A stretch of 64,000 bases of DNA from Trichinella spiralis (GCF_000181795.1 NW_003526943.1:1545647-1609646), one strand, 5' to 3'; counted from the first letter of the stretch, positions 35,838-48,774 are shown. Notes: a model not told the origin generated them from the sequence alone. Made by a program: numbers and translations.

Positions 35838-38800
35838 CAAGTTTCAACAACAACAACAAACAAACAAACAAACAACACCAGCAACTGTTACCACCACCAA
35901 CCAATAGAATTATCCGGGCGAGGCAGTCGAGTTGATTTTAATGAATATCAGAATGTTTGGAAAATATTTCGCTCAGGACAAGCCAGTGCTTGTGCTGCAA
36001 CCTGCGACCAGCATTATTGGCAGCTATGACAGGGCGCGGATGCCGCGCGTGTATTCTATCTGTCTCCTGTCTGGCTGTCTGTGATGTAAGTTTGTTAGTT
36101 CGCCCGTATGTGACTGACTGTATGTACACGCGAGCATGTGCTGTCAACCTAATTTTCTTGAAAATCAAGAAGAAGAAGAAGAATCCAACAGCACATGTTG
36201 CGGCCTACCTAAACTCGTCTTCAGGTTGTTGTTGATGTTAGTTGGTGCTAGTTGTGGATAAGCACTAACCAATGTTGTATATTGTATACTTTTACAAAAA
36301 AAAACCTTCAGGCTAATAATCATCTGAATCTATTGAAAACTTGTCATTATTTATCATATTTATTAATAATAACATTGTTCTTGTTCATCATTCTTATTGT
36401 TCATTGGACATTTCAACCATTTTTCAATCAACACCCAATTTCACTTGTTTCATTTGAAAATAAAACGGTTCCTCGTTTTGTTATATGAATTTTATCATAC
36501 AAATCATCACATTGCACTGTTGCACAATTATAAAATATATTTTTTTTTCATCCATTCATTGTTCACTTTATCCTGTAAACATTTTTGCTTTGCTTTTTCC
36601 CCCTCTCAACAAAAGTGAATTTTAATAATTTGAAAGCAAATTATTAAAATTCCTGTTTTTGTAAAACTGGCTTCGTTTTACGGAAACAATTACTGCTCGT
36701 ATTAAAGCGTATTTCTTCTGTTTTCCTTTACAAATAGAACGACAAGAGAAAAAACAAAGTTTACTGTTAAAATTCATAATTTTAATCCAACTATCATTTG
36801 ATAAATAATTCATCAGAAAGCACAATTGATCAAATGTCAAATTATACAATTTACTTGTTCAGCAAAACATCCAAAGTATTATTTCAACAAAAACTGACTG
36901 AACAGTTCACTTTCACTTGATTATTTTTCAGTGATAAAAATTTTATTAATTAAAACATTAAAAGCAATCAATACTAATAAGAAAAGTAATTTCATCATTG
37001 GTGATAATTTGCGTTGGATTTTCAACTTGTAATGAAAAAAAAATGAATTGAAAAGCTAAACAGAAAAGAAGCGATGAAATTATCCAATACATGTAGAGTA
37101 GAACATAAAATAAAAAAATAACATAATGACCATTTGGCAGTTGATTATCAGTTTTTCTTATTGAATCATTTTCTGACGAATAAATGAATGAAAATTAAAA
37201 ATATTGTTGCAAGTGATAATGAAACCTATAAATCTGAAACTGTCAAAATGAATACAAATTGGATATCTGCGGTCAATAAAACAAAAAAATAACTGACGAA
37301 AACATGTTTGTTCTATTTATTACATTATTAATTAATCATCCGGTGAGAAAATAATAAAAGTCATTAAAAAATTAAGCATTGCCAAATCAATGTTTCAAAC
37401 CGCCCCATTCTTAACTTTTCACAACCAAATTTGCTGCAACACTATTCCTGAAAAACAAATATGTGATTTTCAAGTATAATTAATAATTGTTGTTGAACAA
37501 TTTTTTTGCTGTAATTCACTTCACGAAGGTGAAAGGAGGACTTTTTTTGTAATCTGAAAATTTTACCATTTGTCGAAGAAAGAAAGAAAAAAAAAAGCAA
37601 ATTATTAGGTAGTTTAAATCTTAAAAAATAAATTAAACTCGACATGGTTTTGATAATTTTCCCACAGGCTTATTTGTAAACTGACTCAACTTGTGCCATT
37701 TGGGCACCGCCCACCATAAACCCCCTCAAGAGTTAGGCTGAACGTCTGCTTCTGTTACCGACAACTGTTGTTCCGGAATGACAGCCAAGTGTAGCTAACA
37801 AGGTCGGGATGTATTCATTTTACTTTTTTGTAGCTTAACCATCAAAGGAAGCTGACCATGATTTGGTTGTAATTATAGAAGACAAATTATATTTACCTGA
37901 TTTTGAGATGAAAAATCTGAACTGCTGCGAGATCAATAATACGTTTCACTCAACCTGAGGAGCCTGGAGAATTTAGAGCCAATACACTGATTGCATAGTA
38001 ATTTACGTATCATTAATAACAAGAAATAATGCATCGCTGACACTTGAAAAGAAATCAATATACAGTTAATAATTCAAAGGACTGTACATATTTATTATTT
38101 TTACCTGTTTGATGCACTTGCATTGTCATACTGTAAATTTATTTGGTTTCAGTAAAAATTAAAGAAATGTGTCTCGTTCAAGTGAGTCCTGCATTTAAAA
38201 TAATTATACTCAAAAAGCTAATGAGATTGAGATTTGACAAATTATTCTTTTTTCTATTTAAATACGATGTTGCATGTGTTTCAAATTTTACATGAAAATT
38301 ACATTAGTAAAAGTTAATTAGATTAAAGAAATTAATACACAGTTATATGCCTATGATCGATTATATATGTAAGAAAAATTTGTTGCAGTGTTATTCAATT
38401 TTTCCGTCTATTATTAACAAAACTACCAACTAATAAACGAGATTGCTTAATAATTTTTAATTTTAAGAACGTTTTATGTTTCAACAATATTTGAACATGA
38501 AATTAATTTATAAACCAAGCATTTTAGCATAACAAAATGATAATTTCTTCATTAAAAAAACAAAAAGTGAAGAAAAAATAATATCCAATTATTTTGTTGT
38601 ATAAATTTTATAGTTTTCTGATAGCTGATTATGATTGAAAAGTTATTTATTAGCATGTTTTACAAGTTAATTACCAATATGTTGAAAAACAAGTGTCTAT
38701 TTTTGAAAAAAATAATTATCGCTATTGCTGTCATGCAAATGCGACGGCATGACCGTCTGAACGGCAGGCGCATCTCATTTAAAATTGATTTGATGCTTTC

Positions 38801-40165
38801 ATCTGTTCAGGGAAAACTGAAGTAGTCTGCCATTGTATAAAGCTTATAAACATGCATCTCATTCTTTTGAAAAGCGAACATCCTCCAGTCAAGCACATTT
38901 GGAAAGATGGAAACAGTTGTAAGAAATTGTTTTTTCCTTATTTTTCAATTTAAAAATTATTTTGTTAATCTGACAGAAATATTACATTCATTTATAGAAT
39001 ATGTAAAATGGAATAGAATAAAAAAGAAATTTTTCAAACGGCATAATATTACAACTTATATGTTGAGATGAAGTTCAAAGTAAAATATGGTGATGAATAT
39101 AACTATTAAATTTGAATTTGGCTTGTTTGTTTCATATTTATAATACTTTATAAACAACTTTTAAAAAATAATCACATATATTATACATATACGTAAATCC
39201 CCCATTGAACGACCCTTGAAAAAACAAAAACAAGCTTGTAAATTGAATGTTTTCAGAAATATAGCGTAGGATTTTGAAGAACGAAAAACAAAAGGATAAA
39301 ATAAATTGAAATGCGTTTCTCTTCAATCACGACAACTGGAATAATTAATTTTTAAAATTCTTATAGAATTATTTCCTGAATGTAAAGCAAATTCCCAAAT
39401 GTTCCATAATTGTTTTTCACTCAGTTTTATTGTGAAAAATCACTTTTAATATTTAACCCTTTTAATTGCGCATCCGAAGCAGCTTAATCGGAATGGTCAA
39501 ACATTGATTCTCTTAGAAATATTAACCGCCCAGAACAAATCTGCATGACATCGGACCATCCAGCAGTGTTTAATTGCTTTCTTTTTTGCAAATGAATCCA
39601 TCTGTATATATTTGTACTTCAATACTTTATTCAAATTATAAATTAAGAAAGCACAATAGGACATTGCAAAGAGGAGGTGTACTTATAAAAAAGAAAAAAA
39701 AATAAAGTTAATGGTGATTTATTTTTAAATAAACAATTTTCTTCATTGATCTTTATTTAAATATTAAAAAAATTGTTTGAAATTCTCATTAAATTGATTG
39801 AACTTTTTTCTTCTTTTGGCTCACATTTTTCAAATTTTTTAAATGAACTTTTCTTTTTGAAAAAAAAATTACAAAATGTTGAATAATGAAAATTATCAGT
39901 TTTTTAATACTGTTTTTTTTCAAATTTTGAAATAAATTTTAGCAACACTTTTTACGTGTGTCAGAATAAAGAATACAATTTTGAAAGTAATAAATATAAG
40001 CAAGAGTGAAAATTTTATTATTTCAACCATATAACTGAAAAACACTTTTGTTGTTCATATCAATTCCATTTTATCATTTTTTGATATTTTAAAATTTTTT
40101 ATTGAAATAAATAAATTTTATAAATTGTAAGATTGTTTTATTTTAAACCACGTCCATGTGCATGT

Positions 40166-40186
40166 TGTGTGTGTGTGTGTGTGTGT
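40166..40186. repeat. (TG)n microsatellite
   Basis: Direct reading. Confidence 0.9.
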
Positions 40187-41238
40187 GAAATTTAGAAAGT
40201 GTAAATTTAATTATAGATTTGTTTTCTTCTCTTGAAGCTGAACGTGTTATTAAAAATGTTACGTGTGTGTTGTTTATTATTAATTACAAAGTAAATGATT
40301 GCTATAATCATCCTTTGAAAAGTAAAAATAGCACAGCATTCAATGAATCTTCTGAAGAAATGAATTATTATCTCTTATTGTTGTATTATACAGTATCGTA
40401 TTGTTAAGTTATTCATCTTCTGAGCAATTTTGATCATTTCTCTTCAGCTATCGTTTGATATGGTTTATGCTTTGTTTTTTACTTATCCTTTAAAGGAATT
40501 TGTTTCAAAATTATAAATATTAAAGATTAATTCAGATGAATTTAATTTATTAAAAAGTTTTCCAATTATAGCTGCAACATGCTGAAGAGAGGTTTCTATT
40601 TCTAAGATTCACAGTGATATGTCTCATATTATGAGTTGATAATTTGCTCAGACATTTTCATCAATAAATGATGAATTCATCATTCCATTAATCCAAATCA
40701 GCAACTATTTATATATTGAAAATAAAATTGCCAACATTCATGACAACAATAGATTGTGCAAGTGAACTTGAAGTGAAGTGGAATCAAGTCAACATTCCTG
40801 TCATTAGGTAAAGTTTTCTTATTTTTAAATTCAATTCATTAATTAATTAATTAATTAATTGTTTATTTAATTATTAATATACAAAATTTCAATTTTTTCA
40901 TCCTGTTTTTTGGAACAAAAACATTTGTATAAAATTGGATATTTGAATTGTGACAATGAATTTTCTTTGAACATTTCTGCCGTATATCTGCGGTTTTATG
41001 AGCGAAGATTTTAACATCCGGGATGCTAATTAGACTGCACAATTTGCGCAGTGCTTTGCCTCTCAAATAAATTATCGCTTAACATCGATCTTTTCTTTAT
41101 GCAGAAAATAGATTCATTTCGAATAGAAAATTTTGCTCATTATTTGAAAAGTCTGCATTGAACAAAACTCTTTTGTCTCTTGAGCGCAATATTATCTTTT
41201 TCTTGCCGTTGATCAAATTTCTACTGTAACTCTTCATC

Positions 41239-41273
<35 letters not shown>
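41239..41273. repeat. (TTA)n microsatellite
   Basis: Direct reading. Confidence 0.9.
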
Positions 41274-44200
41274 GCATTGTTCAAAAGAAAACAATGAAAT
41301 TGTGTGATCTTGTATTCAGCTTGTTCATCATTTGTAAAGCATTTGTAAGCGAAACTGTGTATGCAAATATTTGCAGATGCCGTTCTGAGAAAATGTGCCA
41401 TCGTAAACGGTTTTGCAAAATTTCAACCCGTCCAAAGTTGCAAAGTTTTAAATTTTGAATAAAGACATTCCAGACAATTTCAAGTAATTGTAATCTTTTA
41501 TCTTATGTAAGATATTTGTAGATGGAAAGGTAAATTAGCGTAGTCAAAAAAAATTTTTAATAAATAAGTGTTCTGAATTTTGTGTGAAATATAATGTTAA
41601 ATTTAGTTGTTCGAGCTTAAATGTTGAAGCTTACAAGTATTCTTTTCTTCGAAGTTGGAAAATTCAAATGTTGTAAATTTCCGTTGTTTATTCCAATGGG
41701 GGTGCAGAATAAGAAACCTTTCCCATTTGCAAATTGCATGCTAATTGCAATGTAATTAATTCCACTATGTTGCTTAAGAAGATTATTCAAATTATTTCCA
41801 AAAGTAGATAATAATAATTGTTGAAATTGGATTTTCTTGTCAATTTTCGTATTATTATTTTTGAAATTTCTTTATACCCATGAATTAATAAAAGTCGATT
41901 TTAAAAAATCATCGTCTTTTCTTTTTATTTTTAATCAAATTTCATCTAACGATCCAAAATGATTAAATGGTGAAACAAACTGATTATCAAATTACATTAA
42001 GCAGCTGTAATATTATTGCAATTTTACAATTATATATGGAAAATATGATAATTTATTTGACAATTTTTATTGTGTTCTATTCTTATTCATGTTTATGAAA
42101 AGTACCTTCTTGTAACTATATATACATATATGCACAAGATTTGCACATTGGTATTATTCTGTTCATGTATCTTTTACTTTCAATTTTCAGTTTTCAGTGA
42201 AATTTTAATAAGGTAAATAAAATTGCTTCATTATATAAATAATTTTAATTTTGTTATACTTTGATTGAAGCAAAATCAATGATTCTCAGTATAAATAATT
42301 TGCTTTGAAATTCCAATCAGAAATAGCACATACTGAGCTGATCTATTTTGCATTATTTATCAGAAAATAAATAAATCAAAATGACAACATTTGATGTTTA
42401 ATTGTAATATTGTAAAATGCACTGGAATGTGCGTATTGAATTTCTACACTTGCATAATTAATATGACGTTGATGCGACAAGCTGATCTTTTTTAACAATG
42501 TAATGAATTCGTCTACGTTTTATGAACAATAATAATTATCCCAACTTTCCATTCATCACTCGCGATCCATTGCGACACTGCTACTGCTCCACTAGCACAC
42601 AGATGGTGATCTTTGCATAATTTCACATGAATTATCCTTTCAGCAAATACCATATTAAAATTAAAATATGCATATTATGCATTTTGGTTTTTTTCTATTA
42701 AATCAAACGCTGACAAAGATTTTAATATTTTTATTTGACATATTTACGTTAAAAAGCAAAAAAATTATAAAAGAGAATTTCCTTTTTTTCGCTGCATGCA
42801 ATTAAAATACTATATCCTGAAATAAATGCGTAATACACAGATTTTTTACAATTGAAATATTGAATTTATTCTTCAAGTTCAAAAAAAAATTATGAATTGA
42901 TTAATTTCGAAAAAAAATATATATTTAATAGGTGAAAATATTTTATTTTTTCTAATAATTTTAAAACATGCTTTTGTAATAAGTAAATAAATAATAATAA
43001 TTTTGTTTCATTTAAATAAATATTGGGATTTTGGGCTTGTTGTTTTTTCTTTTAGTTTTTCAAAATTAATCCACCACCATCGTTAGCGTTGGATGAAATT
43101 AATTGAATTCAAGTTTGCAAATTGGATTTCAAAATTTTACCGAGTGTAATTTTCATCTACAATTAATTATGTCGTTTTCAAGTATACAAAGGTAACCTGC
43201 AATGCTTGTTCTTTTGTTGTTGCGATGCATGTGTGGTGAACAGTTTCAGAGGCAGCTAAACAGTGCAAAAGATAAATTTTATACTATTGTCAGTTCAATT
43301 AATGAAATAATCAATTTAATATTAATTTATTTTTTTTGAACTAATCTCAATTAATTCTTCAATAATCAACGGCTGCTCTGTTGTTTCTCCACTCTGCTGG
43401 CTTCAAGTAAAATGGATTTCTTCTTCCACAAATTGTACTGCAAAATTCTTAATAGAAAAATCCACATCAGCTATCCATCAATCATAAAAGCTACATTGCA
43501 GTGCACTGCTGTCGCTAATGATGCATAAAAACTGTGCAAGTGGACCTGAACTGAAACAAATTATCCAATTTTAATAATTCATTAACAATCGTGCAAAGTT
43601 TGAATGATGCTTTCAGCGGAATGGATGAAAGTTTTCATCTGATTCTAATTGAGCGTTGCTTGCAATTTTGCATTTTCCATTTATCAAAATCAATAAAGCA
43701 ACAATTTTATTGAACCCTTTCTTTGCATTCCAATGAACTTTTACAACTGTGAAAGAGAAATATACATAAATTTGCAACATCTTAGTACCTGCTTTTCTAA
43801 TTTTTCTTTATTCCCCAAAATTATTTCTACTTTTTTATATGCATTTAATATTTTATTTATTTATTATGTTTTAAATCTTGTTCTACGCAAGTGAAGAAAA
43901 AATTAGCTGCGTCGTTAAATTTGAACAACTGTTGCTATTATTAGCAATATGATCAATAATTTATAAATAGTGCGCATAAATTTTGTCGCGCTATTAAATC
44001 AGTCAGATCAATTGCTGTTGTTGTTTCATGAAACTTAACATAATAAAGAATTTATAAAATTAATTGAATTTATTTTTAAAAAAGTGAATGTGAAGTGACA
44101 ATCGAGTAAAATTGAATAATGAACGGATGTTGCTGTAAAGCGTAATTAATGTGCAGCTCACAAATTATTTAATAATTTAATTTGTAATTTATTCCATAAA

Positions 44201-44397
44201 ACTGATTGTTATTTATCTTTTCTAATTATGTATTTTTCTAATGCATTGTATTACATATATATCTGTTTGTTTAATTAATTATTTATTATTTCTGTTCTAT
44301 ACATTTGAATGTGTTGAGAAGAGAAACTGTTTTTAGCATCATCATATGCCTTCATAATCAGTCAGAAGCATATGCGTGAATTGAATCATGCTTTGTG

Positions 44398-45519
44398 ATG
44401 ATAATGCAAAATAATACGGCAACGTTTCTTTCGAAGTCAAACGTTCAACTGCATTTCAGAGAGTCGCTAATAGCAGGCTCCATAATTTTGGCTGTGGCAC
44501 TGCCGGGCTTAATTGCCAACGTCTACGTTATTTATATTCTTTTGAAGCGCAGGTTCAAAAATTGGATGCCGTCAGTGCCATATTACGGAATGCTGATGTC
44601 CAAATGTTTGGCAGATTTGATCATCCTGCTAATATACGCTTGTTATTGCGCTCCGGTAATTTTGCTGCGCCACTTCACTTACGAATCTGTTGAAGAACGC
44701 ATTGTGAGATCGTTGCGCCAATTCTGCTATTTCGCCGGTCTTGGCCAAGTGGTACTCATCGCTATCAACCGATATAATGGAATTTGCTGTCCAAAAAATT
44801 ACAAATCCTTCTTTTCACCAAAACGCACGGTAATTATGATTTTCTCAGGATGGCTGTTCGGCTTTGCAATGGCAGCCCCGTTTCTGTTGTCCAAGTGTCA
44901 TTATCACTTTCTGACCAACATGTTCGTCTGGGGCTTTTTGTTGCAATATCCAAGCAGTGTTTGGTTCATCGGCATTGACGTCTTCATTCATCTGGTGGCG
45001 CTGATCATGCTGTGCATGCTGTACGCATTCATGCTTCAGAAGTTGAAGCTGTCCAGTCGTCGTTTTTCGAACAGATCCAAAGAATTGAACAAACGCCGTC
45101 TGGTCATTCAGGCTCAGCTAACTCTGGAAGCCATTGCCATGAATCTGAGCTTGTTGGTCGTCTGGATCGCATTTTACACTTTACCCTTGATCACGCTGAA
45201 CAAGTGGTGCCTGTTGGTCAACTCCTGTTTGGCAATTTTGAACAGCAGCATTTTTGCACTGCTGAACTTGCTGTTCAAACGAACCTTGCACCGGCAACAG
45301 TTGTGCAGGATCAAGAAAGCGCAAAACACCCAATTTGCCAATCTTCAAGATCGAAATCAGTTCACCACCGTTGGCATGCTTTATTTCGAATCATCCATGC
45401 AATTGATTCGCTGCTTTCCACTGTTGAACGATTCCAGCTTTGTCTATCCAGATGCGGATTCTCCATCAGATGGTAATAATAATCACGAAGATATTCCAAT
45501 TGGAAAACTTTCATCCTGA
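44398..45519 (+). CDS. Intronless 7TM GPCR, nematode srx/srsx-like serpentine receptor
   Basis: GLIAN in TM1, LADL in TM2, IAINRY at the end of TM3, and seven hydrophobic segments. Confidence 0.85.
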   Translation: MIMQNNTATFLSKSNVQLHFRESLIAGSIILAVALPGLIANVYVIYILLKRRFKNWMPSVPYYGMLMSKCLADLIILLIYACYCAPVILLRHFTYESVEERIVRSLRQFCYFAGLGQVVLIAINRYNGICCPKNYKSFFSPKRTVIMIFSGWLFGFAMAAPFLLSKCHYHFLTNMFVWGFLLQYPSSVWFIGIDVFIHLVALIMLCMLYAFMLQKLKLSSRRFSNRSKELNKRRLVIQAQLTLEAIAMNLSLLVVWIAFYTLPLITLNKWCLLVNSCLAILNSSIFALLNLLFKRTLHRQQLCRIKKAQNTQFANLQDRNQFTTVGMLYFESSMQLIRCFPLLNDSSFVYPDADSPSDGNNNHEDIPIGKLSS

Positions 45520-45887
45520 ACACAACAGTCGTCTATAACAATAATAATTATAATAATACCCTAATTTTTTTACATCTATATTAACATTATTAACATTACT
45601 GTGCCTTTCATCTATTGATGTTCATACATAATAAAATGAAGTACAATAGTTTCTTTTTGAAAGTATACTGTATCATATCAGCACCAGCAGAATGAATAAA
45701 TAAATTTTCTTCATTGTGTCATCATATTTCAATTAAAAATCTTAGGAAAGTTACAGATATATGCAAAAAAGAAATAGCCGTTTACATTTAAGCAGAAATT
45801 TTATTCCAGCAAAAAGAATTTCAATCAATAGTGAATATGCACAGTAAACGTTGTGTTGGAAATTGGAGAATTTGAAAAGAAACTTAC

Positions 45888-46184
45888 CCAAATCGGGTTC
45901 ACTTTCATCATAACCAAGTCGAATGATTGTTGGTTTCAAATATGCACCAAAATTTATTCCATGCCCCCAACCAACACTGCCTTCCAACGAGCCACTCCAC
46001 TGATTCAAAACATGCGGAGAAAATTGATTTTCATGGATTTTCACTACAGAACCGTAGCCGAAACTTTCTGCTCCCATCTTGTGACCGTAATTGAATTCCA
46101 AAGCTGCACGACGATTTTCCACCACAATATCTGGTAATGATTCTTTGTCCGTAAGTTTTATTACTGTAAGACTAGAACGTTTCG
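45888..46184 (-). CDS. Alternative exon D (TKRSSLTVIKL...WSGSLEGSVGWGHGINF...EPDL), probably followed by a tiny last exon at 45733-45740
   Basis: GTTTTAG phase-1 acceptor and GTAAGT donor at 45887. It is clearly homologous to cassette C. Confidence 0.7.
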
Positions 46185-46359
46185 CTAAAACATTAAATTT
46201 ATACGCAAAATAATTTTATTTATTTGGCACGGTTTGATAGCTGCTATTAAAAATGAAGAAAATTTGTAAAATTGTGAACATATGGGAAAAAAATGCTTCA
46301 TTTATAAAATTGAGTAAAATCAGAAAGCAAAAAAATAAATATTTATATAATTTAAATTT

Positions 46360-46649
46360 TCAATTATTATTGTCGTCATTATTTAGTGGAATGAGTCTCG
46401 AATCGAGTGGCATTTTGAAGTAAATTCCTTCACCCCATCCAATGCGACCATCAATTGCACCTCCCCAGAAATATGGTTTGTGAATTGTCAACGGAGATGA
46501 ACCCATTAATGCATTTCCACCTCCGTAAAAGTCCATATCCAATCTTGGTCCGATATTAAAATCAAAACTTGCCCAACGGTCATCTTCCACAACAATTGGT
46601 TCCGGGTGACCAACTTTCTGCCGTATTATAGTTACAGTACTGCGACTGC
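46360..46649 (-). CDS. Alternative terminal exon C (SSRSTVTIIRQ...WGGAIDGRIGWGEGIYF...NNN*)
   Basis: TTTTTAG phase-1 acceptor with an open frame to TGA. Confidence 0.72.
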
Positions 46650-46780
46650 CTAAAAATTAGACAGCTGAGCACCAGCTAGTGCATTTTCCACGGTTGTTGT
46701 AGAAATTGAAAGAAAAAAACATAGTTCAAAATTCATTTAAATAAATAAATAAATAAAATAGCTTGACAATTTTGGATAGT

Positions 46781-47079
46781 TTATGATAATTTTCTAATGA
46801 TGCTGTGGTCACAGTTTGCAGATCTTAAATCGACAATTCTCGCTTGGAGTGGAATTCCAATGTTTATTCCTTTGCTTTTCACTGTCGCCCTATTGACCCC
46901 AAGACCGAGGTTCCATTTTTTGTAACCGCGACCAAGGCGTTCACTTTCACCATGTCCACGAAAATGCGCAAACCCAGTTGGTCCAAGTCCTGCGTCTATA
47001 TTAAACTGTCGATCGTCTTCAACAATTACAGGGCAGGGTTCATTGGGTCCTCGTTGAATGACCGTCACTCTACGTTTCA
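46781..47079 (-). CDS. Alternative terminal exon B (MKRRVTVIQRGPNEPCP...RSANCDHSIIRKLS*)
   Basis: TTTTACAG phase-1 acceptor with an open frame to TAA. Confidence 0.72.
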
Positions 47080-47235
47080 CTGTAAAATGGAATTTTGAAA
47101 ATTTAAATGCGAGGCACGTACAATTGTTTTTCCCTTAAATTAAAATTAAATTAAAATTTCCTTTTTAATTATTCAATTGCATTCAACGAGACCGTGAATG
47201 AAAGTTTGCAAGAGTTTTACTTTGCTAGCATGTCA

Positions 47236-47501
47236 TCATGAATTGCAATCTGGTGATCTGTTTTTCACTAAATAGTGTCCATTTTTTATGTTCCAGTTCA
47301 AAGAGTGCAATGCAAAATCAGCCGAACCTCCAATGGCGAATGGGCCTCTTTTCGGGGTAAAGCCGTTCAGAAAAGCTCCACCAATATACCGTCTGCCCCA
47401 GGATGCATCCCCTCCAATGTGAAAAGGCGCAATCACTTTTGGACAAGGTTCACCTTCCTCACGGTCAATTACCATCGCAGTTTCAAGCATCTGTCGTCGA
47501 A
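47236..47501 (-). CDS. Alternative terminal exon A (IRRQMLETAMVI...RSPDCNS*)
   Basis: TTTCAG phase-1 acceptor with an open frame to TGA; homologous to cassettes B-D. Confidence 0.7.
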
Positions 47502-47844
47502 CTGAAATTTTCAAACTTTCAACCTATTCACAATTCTTGATTAAAAACATGCTTATTAAAAATTACACCTTCGCAATTGTAATTTCATCATGCTTCATAA
47601 CAAATAAAGATATCAAAATCACATTATCATCACATTTCAATAAAATATGCTTTTCACAATTGCAATATCATAAACTGCATGCCCATTATTTTCAGTGCAT
47701 TTATTTCAAAAAATGGATAATTTCATTCTTTCAAAAAAATAAATTAATTAATATATATGCTTTTGTTGGTCTTTCTGATTGATCAATGACAAAAGTTACG
47801 ATTTATATAAGCAAATTTATTTTTTGTTGACAAAATTCGCTTAC

Positions 47845-47889
47845 TTCGTTGAAGTTTCTTCAATAATTCAGAATCACTCGCGTCCACAT
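47845..47889 (-). CDS. Shared exon 2 (DVDASDSELLKKLQR), 45-nt phase 1-1
   Basis: TTTGTAG acceptor and GTAAGC donor, in frame with exon 1. It supplies the likely VDA|SD signal cleavage site. Confidence 0.72.
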
Positions 47890-48112
47890 CTACAAATAAA
47901 TGTAAAAGTAGGATCAAATATTATTTTTATTTATTTTTGCTATACAATGCAAAAGCAAATTTTAATATTAAAAAATTATTAACCTTAATTGCAATGCGAT
48001 CTTAATAGATGCATAGAAAATTACTGTTGGAAAGAGATTTCGCAGAAGAAAGCACGAGTTCAGTCTGATTAAATAAACCTTATCATATTTAAACAAAATT
48101 ATAATTAATTAC

Positions 48113-48176
48113 CTGCTAGTAGACAAAATGCAATCAGCAATACACATGCAAACATTGTGCAAATATTGTATTTCAT
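48113..48176 (-). CDS. Shared exon 1 (signal peptide MKYNICTMFACVLLIAFCLLA) of an unannotated secreted-protein gene
   Basis: ATG, basic n-region and hydrophobic h-region, ending in a phase-1 donor CAG|GTAATT. Confidence 0.75.
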
Positions 48177-48687
48177 TATCAATTTCGTCAGTATCAATAT
48201 CAGTGAGGATATTGCTTCTCGTTCAATTACTTAAGTAAAAACATAATTTAAAAATTCATAAACAATAACCTAAATTTATAAAACAAGTTTGTGCTTCTAG
48301 TTTAAAATCTAGTTTCTAATTGACATGCTGTCTGTCTACAGATTCATTTTTGAAAAAGAATTCTGTCAATCTGCATATAAATAATATTAGCTTTTTAAAC
48401 CTCCAATCAAAAATATTAAGTAATAAATTTTCATTTTAAATGCAATTCATAAAATTTTACAAAGTATTTATTTCATCAGTGCATCAATTATGAAAGAAAA
48501 ATGATGTAAAAGTACAACAATATATGATCATAAATAATTTATTAAGCAATGATGAATATAATGTAAATTTCGGTAGTATGAAATTTCTGCTGGATCGAAA
48601 TTTGTCGTCACGTCCAAACGAGATATCATTTTCTAAAATATTTTTATTATTACAAAACATAAAAACATCAAATGCGCAGAATTCTAA

Positions 48688-48774
48688 CAGCCATCTCAGG
48701 CAAATGTCGCGCACTATATACATCATGCTGAAACAGCAAAATCTGACTCTTCAACTGAATCAGCATAATAACTG
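48688..48774 (-). ncRNA. Duplicated, diverged copy of the C/D snoRNA
   Basis: The core is nearly identical to 48934-49012. It has a box C variant ATGCTGA, box D CTGA and a terminal stem CAGTTATT/GATGGCTG, and both guides carry substitutions. Confidence 0.65.

Noticed and set aside
47568..47592. Possible extra micro-exon between linker exon and cassette A
   Set aside because: In the required phase 1 it gives an immediate TGA.
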